Shown: positions 13,251-28,200 of the stretch, piece after piece
Numbering within the stretch: position 1 is the first letter of the stretch
Layout of the letters: every line of letters begins with the position of its first letter
Notes under the pieces: generated by a model
Told to the model about the DNA's origin: nothing
What the model saw: the letters and a program-made list of their open reading frames with translations, nothing else
Databases searched by the model: none
Position numbers and translations under genes: made by a program
Source: Eledone cirrhosa
Taxonomy: Eukaryota
Direction of reading: 5' to 3'
NCBI GenBank assembly: GCA_964016885.1
Contig: OZ024744.1
Coordinates: 10,168,001-10,232,000 of the forward strand
Length of the DNA: 64,000 bases

Positions 13251-16200
13251 GCTGTTGTACTCCAATATGTTGAGTTGTTATACTCCAATATGTAGTGTTG
13301 TTATACTCCAATATGTTGTGTTGTTGTACTACAATCTGTTGTGTTATACTCCAATATGTTGTGTTGTTATACTCCAATATGTTGTGTTGTTATACTCCAA
13401 TATGTTGTGTTGTTTTACTCCAATATGTTGTGTTGTTGTACTCCAATATGTTGTATTGTTGATCTCCAATAAGTTGTGTTCTTGTACTCCAATATATTGT
13501 GTTGTTGTACTCCAATATGTTGTGTTTTTGTAATCCAATATTTAATGTTGTTGTACTCCAATATGTCTTGTTATATTCCAATATGTCGTGTTGTTGTACT
13601 CCAATATGTCATGTTGTTGTACTCCAATATTTCTTGTTGTTGTACCCCAATATGTCGTGTTGATTATACTCCAATTTTTGTTGCTGTTGTACTCCAATAT
13701 GTTGTGTTGTTGTACTCCAATATGTTGTGTTGTTATACTCCAATATGTTGTGTTGTTATTCTCCAATATGTTGTGCTGTTGTACTCCAATGTGTTATGTT
13801 GTTATACTCCAATATGTTGTGCTGTGATACTCCAATATATTGTGTTGTTGTACTCCAATCTGTTGTGTTGTTATACTCCAATATGTTGTGTTGTTATACT
13901 CCAATATGTTATGTTGTTTTACTCCAATATGTTGTGTTGTTGTACTCCAATTTGTTGTGTTGTTGTACTCCAATATGTTGTGTTGTTGTAATCCAATATC
14001 TTGTGTTGTTATACTCCAATATGTTGTGTTGTTGTACTCCAATATGTTGTGTTGTTGTTCTCCAATATGTCGTGTTGTTATACTCCAATATGTTGTGTTA
14101 TGATACTCCAATATGTTGTGCTGTTGTACTCCAATATGTTGTGTTGTTATACTCCAAGATGTAGTGTTGTTATACTCCAATATGTTGTGTTGTTGTACTC
14201 CAATATGTTGTGTTGTTATACTCCAATATGTTATCTTGTTATACTCCAATATGTAGTGTTGTTATACTCCAATATGTTGTGTTGTTGTACTCCAATCTGT
14301 TATGTTGTTATACTCCAATATGTTGTGTTGTTATACTCCAATATGTTGTGTTGTTTTACTCCAATATGTTGTGTTGCCGTACTCCAATATGTTGTGTTGT
14401 TGTACTCCAATATGCTGTGCTGCTGTACTCCAATATATTGTGTTATACTCCAATATGTTGTGTTGTTGTACTCCAATATGTTGTGTTGTTGTAATCCAAA
14501 ATGTTGTGTTGTTATACTCCAATATGTTATGTTGTAATACTCCAATATGTTGTGCTCCAATATGTTGTGTTATACTCCAATGTGTTGTGTTCTTGTACTC
14601 CAATATGAAGTGTTGTAATACTCCAATATGTAGTGCTGTTGTTATACTCCAATATGTTGGGTTATAATCCAATGTGTTGTGTTGTTGTACTCCAATCTGT
14701 TGTGTTGTTATACTCCAATCTGTTGTGTTGTTATACTGCAATATGTTGTGTTGTTATACTCCAATATGTTGTGTTGTTATACTCCAAGATGTTGTGCTGT
14801 GATACTCTAATATGTTGTGTTTTTGTACTCCAATATGTTGTGTTGTTGTACTCCAATATGTTGTGTTGTTGTTCTCCAATATGTCGTGTTGTTATACTCC
14901 AATATGTTATGATGTTGGACTCCAATATATTGTGTTGTTGTACTCCAATATGTTGTGTTTTTGTAATCCAATATGTAATGTTGTTATACTCCAATATGTC
15001 TTGTTATAGTCCAATATGTCGTGTTGTTATACTCCAATATGCTGTGATGTTATACTCCAATATGTTGTGTTGTTATACTCCAATATGGTGTGTTGTTTTA
15101 CTCCAATATGTTGTGTTGTTGCAATCCAATATGTTTGTGTTGTTTTACTCCAATATGTTGTGTTGTTATACTCAAATATGTTGTGTTGTTGTACTCCAAT
15201 ATGGTGTGTTGTTGTACTCCAATATGTTGTGTTGTTGTACTCCAATATGTTGTGTTGTTATACTCCAATATGTTGTGTTGGTGTACTCCAATATGTTGTG
15301 CTGTTGAACTCCAAATCTCGTGTTGTTATACTCCAATGTGTTGTGTTGTTATACTCCAATATGTTGTGTTGTTGTACTCCAATATGTTGTGTTGTTGTAC
15401 TCCAATATGTTGTGTTGTTGTACTCCAATATGTTGTGTTGTGGTACTCCAATATGTCATGTTATACTCCAATATGTCATGTTGTTTTACTCCAATATGTT
15501 GTGTTGTTGCACTCCAATATGTCGTGTTGTTGTACTCCAATATGTTGTGTTGTTGTACTCCAATATGTTGTGTTGTTATACTCCAATATGCTGTGCTGTT
15601 GTACTCCAATATGTTGTGTTGTACTCCAATATGTTGTGTTGTTGTACTCCAATATATCATGTTGTCGTACTCCAATATGTCATGTTATACTCCAATATGT
15701 CGTTGTTATACTCCAATATGTCATGTTGCTGTACTCCAATATGTCGTGTTGTTGTACTCCAATATGTTTTGATGTTGTACTCCAATATGTTGTGTTGTTG
15801 TACTCCAATATGTTGTGTTGTTATACTCCAATATGTTGTGCTGTTGTACTCCAATATGTCAGGTTGTTGTACTCCGATATTTCGTGTTGTTCTACTCCAA
15901 TATTTCATGTTGTTTTACTCCAATATGTCGTGGTGTTGTACTCCAATATGTTTTGATGTTGTACTCCAATATGTCGTGTTGTTGTACTCCAATATGTTGT
16001 GTTGTTGAACTCCAATATGCTGTGTTGTTATACTCCTATATGTTGTGGTGTTGTACTCCAATATGTTGTGTTGTGCTCCAATATGTTGTGTTGTTATACT
16101 CCACAATGTTGTGTTGTTGTACTCCAATATGTTGTGTTGTTGTACTCCAATATGTGATGTTGTTGTACTCCAATATGTCGTATTGTTGTACTCCAATATG

Positions 16201-19200
16201 TTGTGTTGTTATACTCCAATATTTCGTGTTGTTTTACTCCAATATGTCATGTTGTTGTACTCCAATATCTCGTGTTGTTGTACTCCAATATGTCATGGTG
16301 TTCTACTTCAATATGTCGTATTGTTGTACTCCAATATGTTGTGTTGTTGTTCTCCAATATGTCGTGTTGTTATACTCCAATATGTTATGATGTTGTACTC
16401 CAATATATTGTGTTGTTGTACTCCAATATGTTGTGTTGTTGTATTCAATACGCTGTGTTGTTGTACTCCAATATGTTGTGTTGTTGTACTCCAATATGTA
16501 GTTGTACTCCAATATGTTGTGTTGTTGTACTCCAATATGCTGTGTTGTTATACTCCAATATGTATTGTTGTTGTAATCCAATATGTTGTGTTGTTGTACT
16601 CCAATATATAGTGTTGTTGTACTCCAATATGTTGTGTTGTTGTACTCCGATATGTTGTGCTGTTGTACTCCAATATGTTGTGTTATTGTACTCCAATATG
16701 TTGTGTTGTTGTACTACAATACGTTATGTTGTTGTACTCCAATATTTAGTGCTGTTATACTCCAATATGTTGTGTTGTTATACTCCAAAAAGTTGTGTTG
16801 TTTTACTCCAATATGTTGTGTTGTTATACTCCAGTATGTTGTGTTGTTGTACTCCAATATGTTGTGCTGTTGTACTCCAATATGTCAGGTTGTTGTACTC
16901 CGATATTTCGTGTTGTTCTACTCCAATATTTCGTGTTGTTTTACTCCAATATGTCGTGGTGTTGTACTCAAATATGTTTTGATGTTGTACTCCAATATGT
17001 CGTGTTGTTGTACTCCAATATGTTGTGTTGTTGAACTCCAATATGCTGTGTTGTTATACTCCTAAATGTTGTGTTGTTGTACTCCAATATGTTGTGTTGT
17101 TACACTCCACAATGTTGTGTTGTTGTACTCCAAAATGTGATGTTGCTGTACTCCAATATGTCGTATTGTTGTACTCCAATATGTTGTGTTGTTATACTCC
17201 AATATTTCGTGTTGTTTTACTCCAATATGTCATGTTGTTGTACTCCAATATTTCGTGTTGTTGTACTCCAATATGTCATGGTGTTGTACTTCAATATGTC
17301 GTATTGTTGTACTCCAGTATGTTGTGTTGTTGTTCTCCAATATGTCGTGTTGTTATACTCCAATATGTTATGATGTTGTACTCCAATATATTGTGTTGTT
17401 GTACTCCAATATGTTGTGTTGCTGTACTCCAATATGTTTTGTCGTTGTACTCCAATATGTTGTGTTGTTATACTCCAATATGTTGTGTTATTTTACTCCA
17501 ATATGTTGTGTTGTTGTACTCCAATATGTTGTGTTGTTGTACTCCAATATGTTGTGTTGTTGTAATCCAATATCTTGTGTTGTTATACTCCAATATGTTG
17601 TGTTGTTGTACTCTAATATGTTGTGTTGTTGTTCTCCAATATGTTGTGTTGTTATACTCCAATATGTTGTGTTGTGATACTCCAATATGTTGTGCTGTTG
17701 TACTCCAATATGTTGAGTTGTTGTACTCCAATACGTTGTGTTGTTGTACTCCAATATTTAGTGCTGTTATACTCCAATATGTTGTGTTGTTATACTCCAA
17801 TATGTTGTGTTATTTTACTCCAATATGTTGTGTTGTTGTACTCCAATATGTTGTGTTGTTGTACTGCAATATGTTATGTTGTTGTACTCCAATATGTAGT
17901 GCTGGTGTACTCTAATATGTTGTGTTGGTGTACTCCAATATGTTGTGTTGTTATACTCCAATATGGTGTGTTGTTGTACTCCAATATGTTGTGTTGTTGT
18001 TCTCCAATATGTTGTGTTGTTATACTCCAATATGGTGTGTTGTTGTACTCCAATATGTTGTATTGTTGTTCTCCAATATGTCATGTTATACTCCAATATG
18101 TTGTGTTTCATGTACTCCAATATTTTGTGATATTGTACGCCAATATGTTGTGTTGTTGTACTCCAATATGTTGTGTTGTTATACTCCAATATGTTGTGTT
18201 GTTGTACTCCAATATGTTGTTGTACTCCAACATGTTGTGTTGTTGTACTCCAATATGTAGTGTTGTTGTAATCCAATATATTGTGTTGTACTCCAATATA
18301 TAGTGCTGTTGTACTCCAATATGTTGTGTTGTTGTACTCCAATATGTTGTGCTGCTGTACTCCAATATGTTGTGTTGTTATACTCCAATATGTTGTGTTG
18401 TTATACTCCAATAAGTTGTGTTGTTTTACTCCAATATGTTGTGTTGTTATACTCCAGTATGTTGTGTTGTTGTACTCCAATATGTTGTGTTGTTATACTC
18501 CAATATGTTGTGTTATATTACTCCAATATGTTGTGTTGTTGTACTCCAATATGTTGTGTTGTTGTACTCCAATATGTTGTGTTGTTGTAATCCAATATCT
18601 TGTGTTGTTATACTCCAATATGTTGTGTTGTTGTACTCCAATATGTTGTGTTGTTGTTCTCCAATATGTTGTGTTGTTATACTCCAATATGTTGTGTTGT
18701 GATATTCCAATATGTTGTGCTGTTGTACTCCAATATTTTGAGTTGTTATACTCCAATATGTAGTGTTGTTATACGCCAATATGTTGTGTTGTTGTACTCC
18801 AATCTGTTGTGTTATACTCCAATATGTTGTGTTGTTATACTCCAATATGTTGTGTTGTTATACTCCAATATGTTGTGTTGTTTTACTCCAATATGTTGTG
18901 CTGTTGAACTCCAATATGTTGTATTGTTGATCTCCAATATGTCATGTTATACTCCAATAAGTTGTGTTCTTTTACTCCAATATGGTTTGTTGTTGTACTC
19001 CAATATGTTGTGTTGTCGTACTCCAATATGTCATGTTATACTCCAATATGTCGTTGTTATACTCCAATATGTCATGTTGTTGTACTACAATATGTCGTGT
19101 TGTTGTACTCCAATATGTTGTGTTGTTATACTCCAATATGTTGTGCTGTTGTACTCCAATATGTCATGTTGTTGTCCTCCGATATTTCGTGTTATTGTAC

Positions 19201-22200
19201 TCCAATATTTCGTGTTGTACTCCAATATGTTGTGTTTTTGTACTCCAATATGTTTTGATGTTGTACTCCAATATGTTGTGTTGTTGTACTCCAATATGTT
19301 GTGTTGTTATACTCCAATATGCTGTGATGTTATACTCCTATATGTTGTGCTGTTGTACTCCAATATGTTGTTTTGTTATACTCCAATATGTTGTGTTGTT
19401 GTACTCCAATATGTTGTGTTGTTGTACTCCAATATGTGATGTTGTTGTACTCCAATATGTCGTGATGTTGTACTCCAATATGTTGTGTTGTTATACTCCA
19501 ATATTTCGTGTTGTTTTACTCCAATATGTCATGTTGTTGTACTCCAATATTTCGTGTTGCTGTATTCCAATATGTCATGGTGTTGTACTTCAATATGTCG
19601 TATTGTTGTACTCCAATATGTTGTGTTGTTGTTCTCCAATATGTCGTGTTGTTATACTCCAATATGTTATGATGTTGGACTCCAATATATTGTGTTGTTG
19701 TACTCCAATATGTTGTGTTTTTGTAATCCAATATGTAATGTTGTTATACTCCAATATGTCTTGTTATAGTCCAATATGTCGTGTTGTTGTACTCCAATAT
19801 GTCATGTTGTTGTACTCCAATATTTCGTGTTGTTGTACCCCAATATGTCGTGTTGATTATACTCCAATTTTTGTTGCTGTTGTACTCCAATATGTTGTGT
19901 TGTTATTCTCCAATATGTTGTGCTGTTGTACTCCAATGTGTTATGTTGTTATACTCCAATATGTTGTGCTGTGATACTCCAATATGTTGTGTTGTTGTAC
20001 TCCAATCTGTTGTGTTGTTATACTCCAATATGTTGTGTTGTTATACTCCAATATGTTGTGTTGTTTTACTCCAATATGTTTTGTTGTTGTACTCCAATAT
20101 GTTGTGTTGTTGTACTCCAATATGTTGTGTTGTTGTAATCCAATATCTTGTGTTGTTATACTCCAATATGTTGTGTTGTTGTACTCCAATATGTTGTGTT
20201 GTTGTTCTCCAATATGTCGTGTTGTTATACTCCAATATGTTGTGTTATGATACTCCAATATGTTGTGCTGTTGTACTCCAATATGTTGTGTTGTTATACT
20301 CCAATATGTAGTTTTGTTATACTCCAATATGTTTTGTTGTTGTACTCCAATCTGTTGTGTTGTTATACTCCAATATGTTGTGTTGTTATACTCCAATATG
20401 TCGTTGTTATACTCCAATATGTCATGATGTTGTACTCCAATATGTCGTGTTCTTGTACTCCAATATGTCGTGTTGTCGTACTCCAATATGTTGTGTTGTT
20501 GTACTCCAATATGTTGTGTTGTTGTACTCCAATATGTTGTGTTGTTATACTCCAATATGTTGTGCTGTTGTACTCCAATATTTCGTGTTGTTGTACTCCA
20601 ATACATCGTGTTGTACTCCAATATGTTGTGTTGTTGTTGTACTCCAATATGTTTTGATGTTGTACTCCAATATGTTGTGTAGTCATACTCCAATACGTTG
20701 TGTTGTTGTACTCCAATATGATGTGATGTTGTACTCCAATATGATGTGCTGTTGTACTCCAATGAGTTGTGTTGTTGTACTCCAATGTGTTGTGTTGTTA
20801 TACTCCAATATGTTGTGTTGTTATACTCCAATATGTTGTGCTGTTGTACTCCAAATCTCGTGTTGTTATACTCCAATGTGTTGTGTTGTTATACTCCAAT
20901 ATGGTGTGTTGTTATACTCCAATATGTTGTATTGTTTTTCTCCAATATGCCATGTTATACTCCAATATGTTGTGTTCGTGTACTCCAATATCTTGTGTTA
21001 TTGTACTCCAATATGTTGCGTTGTTGTACTCCAATATGTTGTGTTGTTATACTCCAATATGTTGTGTTGTTGTACTCCTATATGTTGTCTTGTTGTTCTC
21101 CAAAAGGTCATATTATTGTACTCCAATATGTATTGTTATACTCCAATATGTCGTGTGTCTGTACTCCAATATGTCATTTTGTTGTACTCCAATATGTCTT
21201 GTTATAGTCCAATATGTCGTGTTGTTGTACTCCAATATGTCATGTAGTTATACTCCAATATTTCGTGTTGTTGTACCCCAATATGTCGTGTTGTTTATAC
21301 TCCAATATGTTTTGCTGTTGTACTCCAATATGTTGTGTTGCTGTACTCCAATATGTTGTGTTGTTGTACTCCAATATGTTGTGTTGTTGTAATCCAATAT
21401 CTTGTGTTGTTATACTCCAATATGTTGTGTTGTTATACTCCAATATGTTGTGTTGTTATACTCCAATATGTTGTGTTGTGATACTCCAATATGTTGTGCT
21501 GTTGTACTCCAATATGTTGAGTTGTTATACTCCAATATGTAGTGTTGTTATACTCCAATATGTTGTGTTGTTGTACTCCAATCTGTTGTGTTATACTCCA
21601 ATATGTTGTGTTGTTATACTCCAATATGTTGTGTTGTTATACTCCAATATGTTGTGTTGTTGTACTCCAATATGTTGTATTGTTGATCTCCAATAAGTTG
21701 TGTTCTTGTACTCCAATATATTGTGTTGTTGTACTGCAATATGTTGTGTTTTTGTAATCCAATATGTAATGTTGTTGTACTCCAATATGTCTTGTTATAT
21801 TCCAATATGTCGTGTTGTTGTACTCCAATATGTCATGTTGTTGTACTCCAATATTTCTTGTTGTTGTACCCCAATATGTCGTGTTGATTGTACTCCAATT
21901 TTTGTTGCTGTTGTACTCCAATATGTTGTGTTGTTGTACTCCAATATGTTGTGTTGTTATACTCCAATATGTTGTGTTGTGATACTCCAAAGTGTTGTGC
22001 TGTTGTACTCCAATATGTTGTGTTGTTTTACTCCAATAGGTTGCGTTGTTGTACTCCAATCTGTTGTGTTGTTATACTCCAATATGTTGTGTTGTTATAC
22101 TCCAATATGGTGTGTTGTTTTACTCCAATATGTTGTGTTGTTGCAATCCAATATGTTTGTGTTGTTTTACTCCAATATGTTGTGTTGTTATACTCAAATA

Positions 22201-25200
22201 TGTTGTGTTGTTGTACTCCAATATGGTGTGTTGTTGTACTCCAATATGTTGTGTTGTTGTACTCCAATATGTTGTGTTGTTATACTCCAATATGTTGTGT
22301 TGGTGTACTCCAATATGTTGTGCTGTTGAACTCCAAATCTCGTGTTGTTATACTCCAATGTGTTGTGTTGTTATACTCCAATATGTTGTGTTGTTGTACT
22401 CCAATATGTTGTGTTGTTGTACTCCAATATGTTGTGTTGTTGTACTCCAATATGTTGTGTTGTTGTACTCCAATATGTGATGTTGTTGTACTCCAATATG
22501 TCGTGATGTTGTACTCCAATATGTTGTGTTATACTCCAATATTTCGTGTTGTTTTACTCCAATATGTCATGGTGTTGTACTCCAATATTTCGTGTGGCTG
22601 TATTCCAATATGTCATGGTGTTGTACTTCAATATGTCGTATTGTTGTACTCCAATATGTTGTGTTGTTGTTCTCCAATATGTCGTGTTGTTATACTCCAA
22701 TATGTTATGATGTTGGACTCCAATATATTGTGTTGTTGTACTCCAATATGTTGTGTTTTTGTAATACAATATGTAATGTTGTTGTACTCCAATATGTCTT
22801 GTTATAGTCCAATATGTCGTGTTGTTGTACTCCAATATGTCATGTTGTTGTACTCCAATATTTCGTGTTGTTGTACCCCAATATGTCGTGTTGATTATAC
22901 TCCAATTTTTGTTGCTGTTGTACTCCAATATGTTGTGTTGTTGTACTCCAATCTGTTGTGTCGTTATTCTCCAATATGTTGTGCTGTTGTACTCCAATGT
23001 GTTATGTTGTTATACTCCAATATGTTGTGCTGTGATATTCCAATATGTTGTGTTGTTGTACTCCAATCTGTTGTGTTGTTATACTCCAATATGTTGTGTT
23101 GTTATACTCCAATATGTTGTGTTGTTTTACTCCAATATGTTGTGTTGTTGTACTCCAATATGTTGTGTTGTTGTACTCCAATATGTTGTGTTGTTGTAAT
23201 CCAATATCTTGTGTTGTTATACTCCAATATGTTGTGTTGTTGTACTCCAATATGTTGTGTTGTTGTTCTCCAATATGTCGTGTTGTTATACTCCAATATG
23301 TTGTGTTATGATACTCCAATATGTTGTGCTGTTGTACTCCAATATTTTGTGTTGTTATACTCCAATATGTAGTGTTGTTATACTCCAATATGTTGTGTTG
23401 TTGTACTCCAATCTGTTGTGTTGTTATACTCCAATATGTTGTGTTGTTATACTCCAATATGTTGTGTTGTTGTACTCCAATCTGTTGTGTTGTTATACTC
23501 CACAATGTTGTGTTGTTGTACTCCAATATGTTGTGTTGTTGTACTCCAATATGTGATGTTGTTGTACTCCAATATGTCTTATTGTTGTACTCCAATATGT
23601 TGTGTTGTTATACTCCAATATTTCGTGTTGTTTTACTCCAATATGTCATGTTGTTGTACTCCAATATCTCGTGTTGTTGTACTCCAATATGTCATGGTGT
23701 TCTACTTCAATATGTCGTATTGTTGTACTCCAATATGTTGTGTTGTTGTTCTCCAATATGTCGTGTTGTTATACTCCAATATGTTATGATGTTGTACTCC
23801 AATATATTGTGTTGTTGTACTCCAATATGTTGTGTTGTTGTATTCAATACGCTGTGTTGTTGTACTCCAATATGTTGTGTTGTTGTACTCCAATATGTAG
23901 TTGTACTCCAATATGTTGTGTTGTTGTACTCCAATATGCTGTGTTGTTATACTCCAATATGTATTGTTGTTGTAATCCAATATGTTGTGTTGTTGTACTC
24001 CAATATATAGTGTTGTTGTACTCCAATATGTTGTGTTGTTGTACTCCGATATGTTGTGCTGTTGTACTCCAATATGTTGTGTTATTGTACTCCAATATGT
24101 TGTGTTGTTGTACTCCAATACGTTATGTTGTTGTACTCCAATATTTAGTGCTGTTATACTCCAATATGTTGTGTTGTTATACTCCAAAAAGTTGTGTTGT
24201 TTTACTCCAATATGTTGTGTTGTTATACTCCAGTATGTTGTGTTGTTGTACTCCAATATGTTGTGCTGTTGTACTCCAATATGTCAGGTTGTTGTACTCC
24301 GATATTTCGTGTTGTTCTACTCCAATATTTCGTGTTGTTTTACTCCAATATGTCGTGGTGTTGTACTCCAATATGTTTTGATGTTGTACTCCAATATGTC
24401 GTGTTGTTGTACTCCAATATGTTGTGTTGTTGAACTCCAATATGCTGTGTTGTTATACTCCTAAATGTTGTGTTGTTGTACTCCAATATGTTGTGTTGTT
24501 ACACTCCACAATGTTGTGTTGTTGTACTCCAAAATGTGATGTTGCTGTACTCCAATATGTCGTATTGTTGTACTCCAATATGTTGTGTTGTTATACTCCA
24601 ATATTTCGTGTTGTTTTACTCCAATATGTCATGTTGTTGTACTCCCATATTTCGTGTTGTTGTACTCCAATATGTCATGGTGTTGTACTTCAATATGTCG
24701 TATTGTTGTACTCCAGTATGTTGTGTTGTTGTTCTCCAATATGTCGTGTTGTTATACTCCAATATGTTATGATGTTGTACTCCAATATATTGTGTTGTTG
24801 TACTCCAATATGTTGTGTTGCTGTACTCCAATATGTTTTGTCGTTGTACTCCAATATGTTGTGTTGTTATACTCCAATATGTTGTGTTATTTTACTCCAA
24901 TATGTTGTGTTGTTGTACTCCAATATGTTGTGTTGTTGTACTCCAATATGTTGTGTTGTTGTAATCCAATATCTTGTGTTGTTATACTCCAATATGTTGT
25001 GTTGTTGTACTCTAATATGTTGTGTTGTTGTTCTCCAATATGTTGTGTTGTTATACTCCAATATGTTGTGTTGTGATACTCCAATATGTTGTGCTGTTGT
25101 ACTCCAATATGTTGAGTTGTTGTACTCCAATACGTTGTGTTGTTGTACTCCAATATTTAGTGCTGTTATACTCCAATATGTTGTGTTGTTATACTCCAAT

Positions 25201-28200
25201 ATGTTGTGTTATTTTACTCCAATATGTTGTGTTGTTGTACTCCAATATGTTGTGTTGTTGTACTGCAATATGTTATGTTGTTGTACTCCAATATGTAGTG
25301 CTGGTGTACTCTAATATGTTGTGTTGGTGTACTCCAATATGTTGTGTTGTTATACTCCAATATGGTGTGTTGTTGTACTCCAATATGTTGTGTTGTTGTT
25401 CTCCAATATGTTGTGTTGTTATACTCCAATATGGTGTGTTGTTGTACTCCAATATGTTGTATTGTTGTTCTCCAATATGTCATGTTATACTCCAATATGT
25501 TGTGTTTCATGTACTCCAATATTTTGTGATATTGTACGCCAATATGTTGTGTTGTTGTACTCCAATATGTTGTGTTGTTATACTCCAATATGTTGTGTTG
25601 TTGTACTCCAATATGTTGTTGTACTCCAACATGTTGTGTTGTTGTACTCCAATATGTAGTGTTGTTGTAATCCAATATATTGTGTTGTTGTACTCCAATA
25701 TATAGTGCTGTTGTACTCCAATATGTTGTGTTGTTGTACTCCAATATGTTGTGCTGCTGTACTCCAATATGTTGTGTTGTTATACTCCAATATGTTGTGT
25801 TGTTATACTCCAATAAGTTGTGTTGTTTTACTCCAATATGTTGTGTTGTTATACTCCAGTATGTTGTGTTGTTGTACTCCAATATGTTGTGTTGTTATAC
25901 TCCAATATGTTGTGTTATATTACTCCAATATGTTGTGTTGTTGTACTCCAATATGTTGTGTTGTTGTACTCCAATATGTTGTGTTGTTGTAATCCAATAT
26001 CTTGTGTTGTTATACTCCAATATGTTGTGTTGTTGTACTCCAATATGTTGTGTTGTTGTTCTCCAATATGTTGTGTTGTTATACTCCAATATGTTGTGTT
26101 GTGATATTCCAATATGTTGTGCTGTTGTACTCCAATATTTTGAGTTGTTATACTCCAATATGTAGTGTTGTTATACGCCAATATGTTGTGTTGTTGTACT
26201 CCAATCTGTTGTGTTATACTCCAATATGTTGTGTTGTTATACTCCAATATGTTGTGTTGTTATACTCCAATATGTTGTGTTGTTTTACTCCAATATGTTG
26301 TGCTGTTGAACTCCAATATGTTGTATTGTTGATCTCCAATATGTCATGTTATACTCCAATAAGTTGTGTTCTTTTACTCCAATATGGTTTGTTGTTGTAC
26401 TCCAATATGTTGTGTTGTCGTACTCCAATATGTCATGTTATACTCCAATATGTCGTTGTTATACTCCAATATGTCATGTTGTTGTACTACAATATGTCGT
26501 GTTGTTGTACTCCAATATGTTGTGTTGTTATACTCCAATATGTTGTGCTGTTGTACTCCAATATGTCATGTTGTTGTCCTCCGATATTTCGTGTTATTGT
26601 ACTCCAATATTTCGTGTTGTACTCCAATATGTTGTGTTTTTGTACTCCAATATGTTTTGATGTTGTACTTCAATATGTTGTGTTGTTGTACTCCAATATG
26701 TTGTGTTGTTATACTCCAATATGCTGTGATGTTATACTCCTATATGTTGTGCTGTTGTACTCCAATATGTTGTTTTGTTATACTCCAATATGTTGTGTTG
26801 TTGTACTCCAATATGTTGTGTTGTTGTACTCCAATATGTGATGTTGTTGTACTCCAATATGTCGTGATGTTGTACTCCAATATGTTGTGTTGTTATACTC
26901 CAATATTTCGTGTTGTTTTACTCCAATATGTCATGTTGTTGTACTCCAATATTTCGTGTTGCTGTATTCCAATATGTCATGGTGTTGTACTTCAATATGT
27001 CGTATTGTTGTACTCCAATATGTTGTGTTGTTGTTCTCCAATATGTCGTGTTGTTATACTCCAATATGTTATGATGTTGGACTCCAATATATTGTGTTGT
27101 TGTACTCCAATATGTTGTGTTTTTGTAATCCAATATGTAATGTTGTTATACTCCAATATGTCTTGTTATAGTCCAATATGTCGTGTTGTTGTACTCCAAT
27201 ATGTCATGTTGTTGTACTCCAATATTTCGTGTTGTTGTACCCCAATATGTCGTGTTGATTATACTCCAATTTTTGTTGCTGTTGTACTCCAATATGTTGT
27301 GTTGTTGTACTCCAATATGTTGTGTTGTTATTCTCCAATATGTTGTGCTGTTGTACTCCAATGTGTTATGTTGTTATACTCCAATATGTTGTGCTGTGAT
27401 ACTCCAATATGTTGTGTTGTTGTACTCCAATCTGTTGTGTTGTTATACTCCAATATGTTGTGTTGTTATACTCCAATATGTTGTGTTGTTATACTCCAAT
27501 ATGTTGTGTTGTTTTACTCCAATATGTTTTGTTGTTGTACTCCAATATGTTGTGTTGTTGTACTCCAATATGTTGTGTTGTTGTACTCCAATATGTTGTG
27601 TTGTTGTTCTCCAATATGTCGTGTTGTTATACTCCAATATGTTGTGTTATGATACTCCAATATGTTGTGCTGTTGTACTCCAATATGTTGTGTTGTTATA
27701 CTCCAATATGTAGTTTTGTTATACTCCAATATGTTTTGTTGTTGTACTCCAATCTGTTGTGTTGTTATACTCCAATATGTTGTGTTGTTATACTCCAATA
27801 TGTTGTGTTGTTTTACTCCAATATGTTGTGTTGTTGTACTCCAATATGTTGTGTTGTTGTACTCCAATATATCATGTTGTCGTACTCCAATATGTCATGT
27901 TATACTCCAATATGTCGTTGTTATACTCCAATATGTCATGATGTTGTACTCCAATATGTCGTGTTCTTGTACTCCAATATGTCGTGTTGTCGTACTCCAA
28001 TATGTTGTGTTGTTGTACTCCAATATGTTGTGTTGTTGTACTCCAATATGTTGTGTTGTTATACTCCAATATGTTGTGCTGTTGTACTCCAATATTTCGT
28101 GTTGTTGTACTCCAATACATCGTGTTGTACTCCAATATGTTGTGTTGTTGTTGTACTCCAATATGTTTTGATGTTGTACTCCAATATGTTGTGTTGTTGT

